Positions 53,989 to 64,000 of a DNA stretch of 64,000 nt are shown in pieces; positions within the stretch are counted from its first letter, which is position 1, and every line of letters begins with the position of its first letter. Under the pieces are notes generated by a model. That model was given only the letters and a program-made list of their open reading frames with translations. It was not told the DNA's origin and did not search any database. Location of the stretch: contig MU057378.1 in assembly GCA_013265495.1 (NCBI GenBank), positions 62,001-126,000 of the forward strand, in the 5' to 3' direction. The DNA comes from Vicugna vicugna (Eukaryota). The position numbers and the translations under genes are program-made.

Positions 53989-54618
53989 ATGGAGGGGCTG
54001 CCGTCCTCCGTGGAGCTTGGCTTCGGGCTGATCCTGAGAAAGCTGAGTGCGGTCCTGGCTTCGCTGCTGCCCAAAGGCCTGTGTTCCCAGCTCATGTTGC
54101 AGAGCCTCCCATGGGAGACGGTGTTGAGTCCACCTGTCCTCGCCTTATCAGTGGGTCTGTTATTCACTTTCAGACTTATTCAGTCTGTTAGAAGTCAGCT
54201 TAAGAGAAGACATGAAAAGCAACTGGCAAAAACACTGGCTGCAAAGATCCAAGAGAAGTGCCACCTCATCGACCAGCTTTGTGTGGCTAAGCAGGAGTGT
54301 GCCAGGATGGAGACAGCTCTACAGAACGCCAGGCTGGAGAAGGAGCCGGTCGACATACCCAGCCTCGCTGACACCTACAGAAAGCTGATGACCGTCAACC
54401 TGAGCTTGAGGAAGGAGATCAATCTTCTCATCCAAGACCTGAAGAGAGAGAGACCCCTGCAGTCTGTACGGGAAGAGATGGCGGAGATGCTGGAAGTGCT
54501 CAAGTCCCTGGAGGAGGTCACGAGAATCAGCACAGCACAAGGGGCTTTTATAAGCCAGCCAGGGGGCCGAGCGCCAAGTCCTGATGGCCCCTTTCCCAGG
54601 AGTGGGCCCTCGTGTTAA
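53989..54618 (+). CDS. Intronless cTAGE5/MIA2-derived (CTAGE-like) short membrane coiled-coil protein, 209 aa; retrogene or intact-ORF pseudogene. An in-frame upstream ATG lies at 53881.
   Basis: Kozak gccATGG. Aligns to recalled cTAGE5 N-terminus: LPWETV vs FPWELV, QSVRSQL vs RSVRSRL, EKQLA vs EKKLA, IQEK vs IEEK, EEMAEM vs ELMADI, KSLEE vs QSLED. Hydrophobic TM followed by basic residues and heptads. C-terminal GRAPSPDGPFP matches cTAGE5 GREHSPYGPSP. Confidence 0.75.
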   Translation: MEGLPSSVELGFGLILRKLSAVLASLLPKGLCSQLMLQSLPWETVLSPPVLALSVGLLFTFRLIQSVRSQLKRRHEKQLAKTLAAKIQEKCHLIDQLCVAKQECARMETALQNARLEKEPVDIPSLADTYRKLMTVNLSLRKEINLLIQDLKRERPLQSVREEMAEMLEVLKSLEEVTRISTAQGAFISQPGGRAPSPDGPFPRSGPSC

Positions 54619-55098
54619 AGCTGTGCTGGTCCCTTCCCTCCACTCAGGCCTCCCAAGCTGCCAGCTGCATTCACTCACTCAGTCAGATCTCCACCTGAGC
54701 TGCCCTGAGGCCAGTGGACGGAGGGCAGTCCCCTCCTTCGGACCACAGTTCCTCCAACCTACTTCTCATCCAAGACCTGAAGAGAGAGAGACCCCTGCAG
54801 TCTGTACGGGAAGAGATGGTGGAGATGCTGGAAGTGCTCAAGTCCCTGGAGGAGGTCACGAGTATCAGCACAGCACAAGGGGTTTTCACACACCAGCCAG
54901 GGGACCGAGCGCCAAGTCCTGATGGCCCCTTTCCCAGGAGTGGGCCCTCGTGTTAAAGCTGTGCTGGTCCCTTCCCTCCACTCAGGCCTCCCAAGCTGCC
55001 AGCTGCATTCACTCACTCAGTCAGATCTCCACCTGAGCTGCCCTGAGGCCAGTGGACGGAGGGCAGTCCCCTCCTTCGGACCACAGTTCCTCCAACCT
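54424..55098. repeat. 338-bp tandem duplication covering the ORF 3' end and stop codon
   Basis: 54424-54760 vs 54762-55098, 8 substitutions. Confidence 0.96.
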
Positions 55099-58000
55099 TA
55101 CCCGTGAGCACAGCGGTGAGCTCCTTCATGTCAACATCTCTCATCCAAATTCCCAGAACACACCACGAAGCATGGGACTTTTTTATAGTCAGCAAATGTC
55201 TGGATTATCCCTTATTAGTTGTGGAAGAAATGTTGTAATTGAGACTAAACTACTTAGTTTGAACCTCATTTCTCAAGACAGTTTGGGTAACTTTTATGTA
55301 TCAGCAATGTAAGTGAAGTGTATACGTTGTTATTCGGTGTACAAATACTGCATTATAATTTGAAAATATATGCAGTTTATCAATATAAACTTTTAGATGG
55401 CCATAGCATTTATTTCTAAAGTTTAATTTTGAAGTCATAAGTTTCAGTCAAAGAGCCTTTTTTAAACATGAGTTAAATAGTTTAAAAAATAGTTTAACAG
55501 TTTAAATAAAAATAGTTCAAAAAAATAGATGAACTTTTTTAAGGTGAAGTTAAATTGTACTCTTAGAAGAAACTTTTATCATTTGTTTTATATTCTGTTC
55601 TAACAATATCCATAATAAAAACTTAATTTGATAAATTAAAAAGAAAAAGACATTTGTACTTCTTGGGCAGTGATGGAAATATGAGCTATCTTGTTTGTAG
55701 TGTTGGTTTCATGGGTGTGTCCAGCTATTAAAATTCATCAAATTGTACATCTGAGATATGCATAGTTTACTGCACAGGAACTATATCACAATAAAGAGGT
55801 TAAAAATAAAAATGATAAAATCAGTGACTAAAAAAAATTAGGGTAGGGGAAACAAATATACCTAATTTGGGGGCTGTCATAGAATAGCACATGATGAGTG
55901 TATATATCACCCGATCATTAATCCTATGGTATCCTGTAAACGTTTATGCTATTTTACATTTGATACTTTCAAGAGTGTCCCCTCTGGATATTTTGCTGCT
56001 GGTGTCAGTTACAGTGCCCACAAATAGATATGCATCAACATTCTTTCATGTCATGGGCACCTGACACTTAAAAATATATTGTCCTCAGCACTGTAGTAAA
56101 ATGTCAAATAAGATCAAAAGGAAAGATAACATAGGACTTTTACCTTCCACTCGGCCAGTGACAATTATAAGCAAACTCCTAGCAAAATTTTAAAATGTTG
56201 ACATATTGGAAATTTATTGATTTGAAATTTATTCGACTGGTAGGGTGCTGTGTACCATGTGGGCACGTGAAAGTGGGACTGAACATCACACCACAAACGG
56301 TGGTCTATAATCTAATCATAAAACTGCAGACAGGGTAGTAACTATCAGAGTCCAGCCTCCAGAGAAAACTGCATCTAAAAAATTCCTATCAGGCTGTTAC
56401 AGACTCAATGCATAAGTTCTCCAGGAAAAGGAGAAGCCAGTTGCCTTGGTAATGGGTCCCAGCTTCTCACAACATGCCAGTGAGGGCATTTCTCCTGCCA
56501 GAACCCAAGCCCTGGCTCTTCAAAGTGGGTCCTTGACCAGAAGTATGGGAATCCCCTGGGGACTTGGCAGAAATGCAGACTCTGGAACCACCTAGTCTTC
56601 CTGGATCAGCACCTGCATTTTAACAAGGACCCAGGCTGCTCTTGGGCACGTGAAAGTTTGTGAAGCTCCCCCTTAACAGATCAGGCCAAGGGTCTAAATG
56701 GGAAACAAGGGTTTACAGGTCATGAACTAGAACTAGACTTGGACTGAAATGCAGACCATAACTGAAGGTTTCTCCCGACCACATTAGGGACTTTAGGAAT
56801 CAGTGATCAAGCCGCAAAAGGGTGTGTTTCCTGGAGTGGTTTGCAAGGGGAGGAAGGAGCAGCTTCTCCAAAGTTTGGCCACAGATTAAACAAAAGTGGC
56901 CGTTACAGCACACAGAATTATCTACTACAGGCATTCCTCACTGCGCCACATAAGTGTTTTTCAGAAAATGCCAAATTTCTGTGAACTCAATACCATTTTT
57001 TGAGGTTTTTAAAAAAAAAAAACTCAAAGATTGAGTTTCAGTTCTTACTGCTTTTCAGTGATCAATGTTTTCCTAATACCATCACTTTACATTTCTCTTC
57101 CAACCTATTTCCCCCTCAGAGTTACAGGAAAATCTGTTTTAAAAGACCATAACCAACAGCAACCAAACAATATAACCAACAAACAACCAAAAGCATACGG
57201 GCAGGTGGCCCTAGCTACTAATGCACAGCACGCTTGCTACGTGCCGAGAGTCGTATGGATTAAAGAAATTGATTCTTATAGCAAAGGCAAGCTGTAAAGG
57301 CTACACCTGCTCCATTGTACAGATGAGATAACTGAGGCACAGTCATTGTTAACTGATTTTGCGTAAAATCACACAGCCACGAGCAGCAGGCCAGTCCTGA
57401 GCCCACACTCTCTCCATCAGAGTCCACTCCAGGGCACTTAAAGGCACACAGCAGGTAACACATGCTTTATTTTCCATAAATGCTCCTTAAATTCAACCGC
57501 AAGCTCCCACCTGAACAGCTCGTTCTCGGGGCTCCCCCTGTGCACACCCACCAGGAGTCCTAAGATCATAGACAGCGCCCAGCATTGGGGTGGCCGCCTG
57601 TTGTTGGACATCCCTCCACAGGGGTCATTTCTAAATCATAGGCACCTGCCTGGGTGGTTCCCTGCTCTATCAGGCTCCCTGGTCTGCTGCTTCCGAGACA
57701 TTCAAGGACCCAGAAGACTAGGACGCAGCCTCCAGGATGCCCACCAGGCAGCCTCCCTGACTCCTGCCACATCCTGAGCACAACAAAGCACAGAGAGCAA
57801 TCACACTGCTTTCCTCTCTCTGGCGATCGTATCCCACTCAGTTGTTTATGCTTTTGAAAAACAGAGCTGGAATCCTCAGAAACTAACTTCGCTCAGGCAA
57901 GAAGAAAGCCAGGGGTACTATCTACTTGAATTAGGAATGAAAACGTAAAGAAATACTTGAGGCTGCTGTACAGCCCACTTGAAGCCTAGTCACTAGACAA

Positions 58001-58211
58001 ACAACAATTCGGGGCATCAGAAGGGAGCAAGTCTGGTTCCATTAGAATGAAAAGGAACCCCAGGCTACCTAGATGGGCCCTGGGTACCAAGATGCTGAGA
58101 AAGGCAGGGCCCCTTTCGGGCTGGCATGGGGTGGCTGGGGCTGAGCCAGAGGAAGCAAGGTCCTCTTCTGGGGATGTTCTACCCGCAGTCATCAAGAATA
58201 GACCAGGACTG

Positions 58212-58482
58212 CAAACGGTAGATGCTGGCGAGGGTGTGGAGAAAGGGCGCCCTCCTACACTGTGGGTGCGGACTTTTGAACGATGGCCATTCTGACTGGT
58301 GTATGGTGATACCTCTTTGTCCTTTTAATTTACACCTCTCGGATAACTAGCAAGATCGAGCATTTTTCGTGTGCCTGTTGGCCATCTGGATGTCTCTGCT
58401 GAAGAAATGTCTGTTTAGATCTTCTGCTCGTTTGTTGACTGGGTTGTTTGTTTTCTTGTCATTGAATTGTATGAGCTGTTTC
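58212..58482 (-). mobile_element. L1 ORF2 fragment with an internal inversion
   Basis: 58269-58482 is minus-strand L1; 58212-58268 is the immediately adjacent L1 sequence in plus orientation. Confidence 0.75.
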
Positions 58483-59424
58483 TCTCTGATTTAAAAGTTG
58501 GGAGGGAGAGAGGTCAGAGTCGTTTGGTGGCTCTGCTCCAAAGAGCAAGTTTTTAACCTACAGGCGGTGGGAATCTGGGCTCTGCCTTGCAGCTCTGCTG
58601 TGCAAGGCCTCCACTCCCACAGTCACATTATAGTCCCGGATGGCTGCTGTGGGTCCAGCCATCACCCCAGCACTCCAAGCAAAAGGTAGAAAGAAAGGGA
58701 AAATAATTAAAAGGGTAGGGGATATACATCAGTTGTCCTTTGGAGAATGTTCCCAGAATTGCCACAAACGTTATCCCACTGGCCAGAACTGAGTCCAAGG
58801 GACACACCCCAGGGCAAGGAAGACTAGTAAACATGGACTTTCTCCTGGCCAGTGAGTGTCCTTAAAAATTCTTACATTAGAGCAGAAGGAGTTAGTGGAC
58901 ACTGGGGGACCACAGTTGTCTCTGCTGCAAGAGCGAAGCCTCCTGAGTGGAAGTGGAGTCTGAAATACCAAGAAGAATGAGAGGTGGGATTTCTGAAGCC
59001 TTTCTTCCCTGAGGAACACTTGGTCCACGTGCATCACTGGCAACAGTAGAGGCCGTGCTGTTACTTGAGTGTGTTGATGGAAGCCATGTTCAGTGATAAT
59101 GATTTTTTCTTATCATTTTGACCATCACTCCTTGAATGCTTCCTACATCCCAGTCACAGCACTGAGGGGTTTTCTGTTACTGTTCCATTTAATCCTCACA
59201 ATAACCTTATGATATTGGTGCCGACACTGAGGCCCTCAGAGGGTGAATCACTTGCTAATAATTAGAGGAGACGGAATGGCTTCGTAGGTAAACGCGTTCC
59301 AAGAGCCTGCGGTCTCACAGGCCATCAGCACACGCAGCCACACCAAGGCTGGATGAGCAAGCGAAGGCCCAGTAAGATCCGGTCTGCGCATTTGTTCAAA
59401 TGATGATTTATTTTAAAAAAATAT

Positions 59425-59567
59425 CATTTTTTAAACGTTTTTATTGAGTTATAGTCATTTTACAATGTTGTGACAAATTCCAATGTAGAGCACAATTTTT
59501 CAGTTGTACATGAACATACATATATTCATTGTCACTTTTTTTGTTGTTGCTGTGAGATACCACAAGA
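59425..59567 (-). mobile_element. Short L1 3' end with TSD
   Basis: Same tail as the element at 59957; aaaaaaat(a/g)tcattt on both sides. Confidence 0.8.
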
Positions 59568-59956
59568 AAAAAAAATGTCATTTGAGCACATTTATTACCC
59601 ATGAAGCAAGCTGGCCTCTCGGGCTACAAATGGGGAGCAAAAAACTCATAGTGCTTGGAGACTTATAAAGATCACGTCAATAATCAACTAATCCCAAGAA
59701 TAACTGTGATGACGTCCACCAAGGGCATCTCCATGTCACCATAAAAGCACAGAGAGTCCCCACCTGGTCTGGTGGGTCTGGGAAGGCTTCCCTCTGGAAG
59801 AGACATGTGGACTGAGATCTAAGGGTTGATGTTGGGCAGTAGAGGCTGAAAGTATTCTGGACAAACAGTGCAGCATGTGCAAAGGCCCCGAAGTGGCAGG
59901 CAGGTGGCATAATTAGGGAATAGAAACAAGGATGGGTCATTAGACTGGAGTGAATA

Positions 59957-60640
59957 TTTTTTTAAAAACATTTTTTTATTGATTTATAATCATTTTACAA
60001 TGTTGTGTCAAATTCCAGTGTAGAGCACAAGTTTTCAGTTATACATGAACATATATATATACTCATTGTCACCTTTTTTTCTCTGGAGCTACCACAAGAT
60101 CTTGTGTATATTTCCCTGTGCTTTATAGCATAATCTTGTTTATCTATTCTACATTTTGAAATCCCAGTCTATCCCTTCCCACCCTCCACCCCCTTGGCAA
60201 CCACAAGTTTGTATTCTATGTCTATGAGTCTGTTTCTGTTCTGTATTTATGTTTTGTTTGTTTGCTTGTTTTTTATTTTAGATTCCACATATGAGCAATC
60301 TCATATAGTATTTTTCTTTCTCTTTCTGGCTTACTTCACTTAGAATGACATTCTCCAGGAGCATCCATGTTGCTGCAAATGGCATTATGTTGTCGGCTTT
60401 TATGGCCAAGTAGTATTCCATTGTATAAATATACCACATCTTCTTTATCCAGTCATCCGTTGATGGACATTTAGGCTGTCTCCATGTCTTGGCTATTGTA
60501 AATAGTGCTGCTATGAACATTGGGGTGCAGGTGTCTTCTTGAAGTAGGGCTCCTTCTGGATATATGCCCAGGAGCGGGATTCCTGGGTCATATGGTAAGT
60601 CTATTCCTAGTCTTTTGAGGAATCTCCATACTGTTTTTAG
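59957..60640 (-). mobile_element. Young 5'-truncated L1 with TSD
   Basis: Open ORF2 C-terminus KTVWRFLKRLGIDLPYDPGIPLLGIYP...ICGI; TSD tggagtgaatatt. Confidence 0.95.
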
Positions 60641-62817
60641 AGTGGAGTGAATATTGACAAAAGGTGAGGCTAGAGGCATGGGGACCTGACTGTGAAGTCC
60701 ACTGGGAAGACACTGGGTTTCACCCTAAGAACAACCAGAAATCTACTGAAGTACTATAACATGAAGTGGTGTGGAGTTGGGGCGGGGAGGGGGAGTTGGG
60801 AGCCTGACACAGTTTGGGGTGCGTTTTCACAAGGGAAGAACTTTATCATAGTCCCCTCTGGATTCCTTACACACAGTAGATATTAAAATATATATGTAGA
60901 TATAAAATATATATATATATATATGGGATGAACCAACACATTAATAGAAAACTTTGGAGAAATTCACTCTGGCTACAGTCTGGAGCATACTGTTTGGAAG
61001 GGGGAGCGAGAGGGTGCAAGGGAGGCCGCTCAAGGGCTATTTCAGAACCAAATGGAAGGACATGGTGATGGATCGCGTACAGCCAAAGGGAGAAAAAGGT
61101 GTCAGGATGGCTCCTAGGTTTTTGGCATGAGCCATCGGGCAGATGACAGCCCCATTCATCGAGACCAGGAAAAGGGCCAGTTGTGAGGAGGAAGGTCACA
61201 TTGTGGCAGCAGAAGCAGCTCCCACTTATACAAACACAAGCTGCGAACTCTGTCCACAAAGGTAGCAGGAAATCATGAAAATACATCCAAACGGAGCTGA
61301 AACTGTGAATCTGGGACAGGAAGGAGCCCCAGGTCTCCTGCCCCTGTCCAGTCCCCTCGGCTCTGGGAGTCATCACTGGAAGCTAAAATAATACCTCACT
61401 ATGGACCCTCAACATTTGTGAACTAAGACTCAAATAAATCTGAAAAGCCAGTCTGTGTTGGCTGGATATGCACAGCATATAGTTACTGAAAGTGCACTGG
61501 CGTGGCAATAGTAGGGTAGTGAGGGGATGGTAAGTGTAATAGTTTCAAGTCTTTTTTAAAAAATAAATCACCAACTAGAAGACTTTCCACCTCACTCAGC
61601 TGAGGTCCCTTCTGAGCAACTACAGAATTACCAGCAGGTTTCTGGCTCAATCTACCCCTTTTCAGCAGCCCCCACTCTCTGCCACAACCACATCTGCCAA
61701 AAACAGAGAACTCACAGAATGACCTAAGAGCTGATTTCAACAATTTATGACATCCCAGTGGCACTGCGGTCTCATCTGTCTTGAGAAGCTTGCCTATCAG
61801 ACTTGATAACACAGTCTGTTCTAGGAAGGAAAGCTTATGACCCAGGGATCCCGGAGGCATAAGATTACCTGCTTTCTTATGCTGGGAGATTATTCACATA
61901 CTTCAAAATTCTAAGTCTACAATCTATATATCCAGAAATCCATCTGAAGTAAGACATGCTGTTGAAATATCTTTACCACTGGCTTCCTGCTTTCTCCTTC
62001 TGCAGGACAGGAATTTTCCAAAACTAAAATCGCGTGGTTTCCCTGAGGTAAGGATGATTGACAACATCTCCCGCTACAGATGGTGGAGCAGATGTGCACA
62101 CAGGTATGACATCTCGCTGCAGACTAGCCGGCCAATCGGAGAGGAGCTGAGAACTGCATTCTGAAGCAATTATGAATTCTGCCCAGGGAGATCAGAGATC
62201 CATCTTGTACAGAATGGTTCCACTTCCAACCACGTTGGAGCCTAATCAAGGACTGCCCACATCTACAACTAATGTTTCCCCAAGGAGTTTCTGTTCAAGA
62301 GATCCTTTGGTTAAACAATATTTGGGGTTAAGAGCAAAGTCCTTGGAGACAAACAGACCTGATGTTGAATCCTTTGCTCTCTCTGTGAAAATGCAGGCAA
62401 ATTGCTGAGCCTCTCTCAGACTCGGGGCTTCACCTAAAATCTAATGCTATGAAGGAATGTTGTAAGTACAAATGAGGAGACGTGATGAGCATGGTGTTTG
62501 GCAGGTACCAACACCCAAAAGCGTATTAGTTACTTTTAGAACTGTATAAACAGTGCCCTGCAAATCATGGCACAAAAACAATTCATTGTGTCCCTTGACC
62601 AGAAATAATAAGTAAGGCACAGCAGAATGAATCTTAAAAATTCCTATCAAAGGAGAAGAGCTAACTCGATGATTTGGGAGTTACCATCCAAAATAAGCAA
62701 CTGTAAGAAGGATGTTTCTCAGCATTCTCCTGTTTCATCTTTTTAGAAGATGGTAGATTATTTGTTATTCTCCAAACTTCATCATGTGTATTTTAAGATT
62801 TAAAATAATTGCTCTTA

Positions 62818-62962
62818 GGGAGGAGGGTATAGCTCAGTGGTAGAGTGCATGCTTAGCATACACCAAGTCCTGGGTTCAATCCCCAGTACCTCCATCAAAA
62901 GTAAATAAATAAACCTAATTACCTCCCCCAACAAAAAAAATCAACAAAAAAAAAGAAAGAAG
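62818..62962 (+). mobile_element. tRNA-derived SINE with TSD
   Basis: SINE head, with TSD taaaataattgct. Confidence 0.9.
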
Positions 62963-63509
62963 TAAAATAATTGCTTTTAAATAAAATGTTTTCCAGGAAG
63001 ATAGAGCAGATTGATCCCATGCTCCTTGGTGAGATGGTCTGCCTGCCTCTAAGGAGCATATTGAGGAAGGATCAAGAACACTGGAGCCAGATATGAGTTG
63101 AAGGCTTCCATTTTGGGTCAACCTTTACATGGGCAAGTAAGTTAACCCTTTTGGTCTTAGTTTTCCGGTATATAGAGTTATAATAAAAATATGTCCTTCA
63201 CAAGGTTTGCTTCCATAACCTCTCTCCCACCCCTCCCACCCCCACCCCACCACAAATCATGGCACAAAAACAATTCATTGTTTCCCTTGACCAGAAATAA
63301 CAAGTAAGGCACAGCAGAATGAATCTTAAAAATTCCTATCAAAGGAGAAGAGCTAATTCGATGATTTGGGAGTTACCATCCAAAATAAGCAGCTGTAAGA
63401 AGGATGTATCTCAGCATTCTCCTGTTTCATCTTTTTAGAAGATGGTAGATTATTTGTTATTCTCCAAACTTCATCATGTGTATTTTAAGATTTAAAATAA
63501 TTGCTCTTA

Positions 63510-63661
63510 GGGAGGAGGGTATAGCTCAGTGGTAGAGCGCATGCTTAGCATGCATAAAGTCCTGGGTTCAATCCCCAGTACCTCCATCAAAAGTAAATAA
63601 ATAAACCTAATTACCTCCCCCAACAAAAAAATCACAAAAAAAAGAAAGAAAAGAAAAGAAG
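63510..63661 (+). mobile_element. tRNA-derived SINE (duplicated copy)
   Basis: Same head, tail and TSD as the copy at 62818. Confidence 0.9.
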
Positions 63662-64000
63662 TAAAATAACTGCTCTTAAATGAATCATCTTCCAGGAAGA
63701 TATAACAGATTGATCCTATGCTCCTTGGTGAGATGGTCTGCCTGCCTCTAAGGAGTATAGTGAGGAAAGACCAAGAACACTGGAGCCAGATATGAGTTGA
63801 AGGCTTCCATTCTGGGTTGACCTTTACATGGGCAAGTAACTTAACCCTCTTGGTCTTAATTTTCTGGTATGTAGTGTTATAATAAAAATATTTCCTTCAC
63901 AAGGTTTGCTTCCATACCCTCTCTCCCACCCCTCCCACCCCCATCCCACCACTTCCAGCTTTATCAAGTCCCTAGAGGTACAAGAAGACACTATTTTTTA

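Larger units (their letters stand above)
53810..55641 (+). other. Full extent of the CTAGE-like retrocopy (5' leader, ORF, 3'UTR, polyA remnant)
   Basis: Candidate TSD agaaaatgacattt (53796-53809) and agaaaaagacattt (55642-55655). AATAAA at 55614-55619, followed by an A-rich tail. Confidence 0.7.
62561..63952. repeat. Tandem duplication, ~692 bp unit (62561-63252 and 63253-63952)
   Basis: Direct alignment with a few percent divergence; each unit carries the same SINE. Confidence 0.96.

Noticed and set aside
53730..55312. Overlapping and antisense ORFs around the CTAGE-like gene
   Set aside because: Alternate frames of a GC-rich retrocopy and its duplication; only weak remnants of the proline-rich region are visible.

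Overview
Mammalian genomic DNA, most likely a camelid (inferred from tRNA-derived SINE heads and L1 3'UTR type). It is a draft assembly with three N gaps (941-1546, 6152-6618, 43667-44503). The window is repeat-rich (L1, SINE, MaLR/ERV LTR, MER/Tigger, MIR/L2), and I recognise no multi-exon protein-coding gene. There are two retrocopies. (1) A young-looking processed DBF4 copy (5225-6151+) whose BRCT/motif-N part is replaced by an almost equal-length old L1 5' fragment; its insertion site appears a second time, empty, at 7702-7787. (2) An intronless, strongly diverged but open cTAGE5/MIA2-derived ORF (ATG 53989, stop 54618, 209 aa). It keeps the TM segment and first coiled coil, has an in-frame loss of most of the rest, and carries a polyA signal and a 13/14 target-site duplication. 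Four local duplications (612 bp, 2402 bp offset, 338 bp, 692 bp) lie within about 31 kb. Protein and repeat-family names come from recall of reference sequences, not database searches, and repeat boundaries are approximate.
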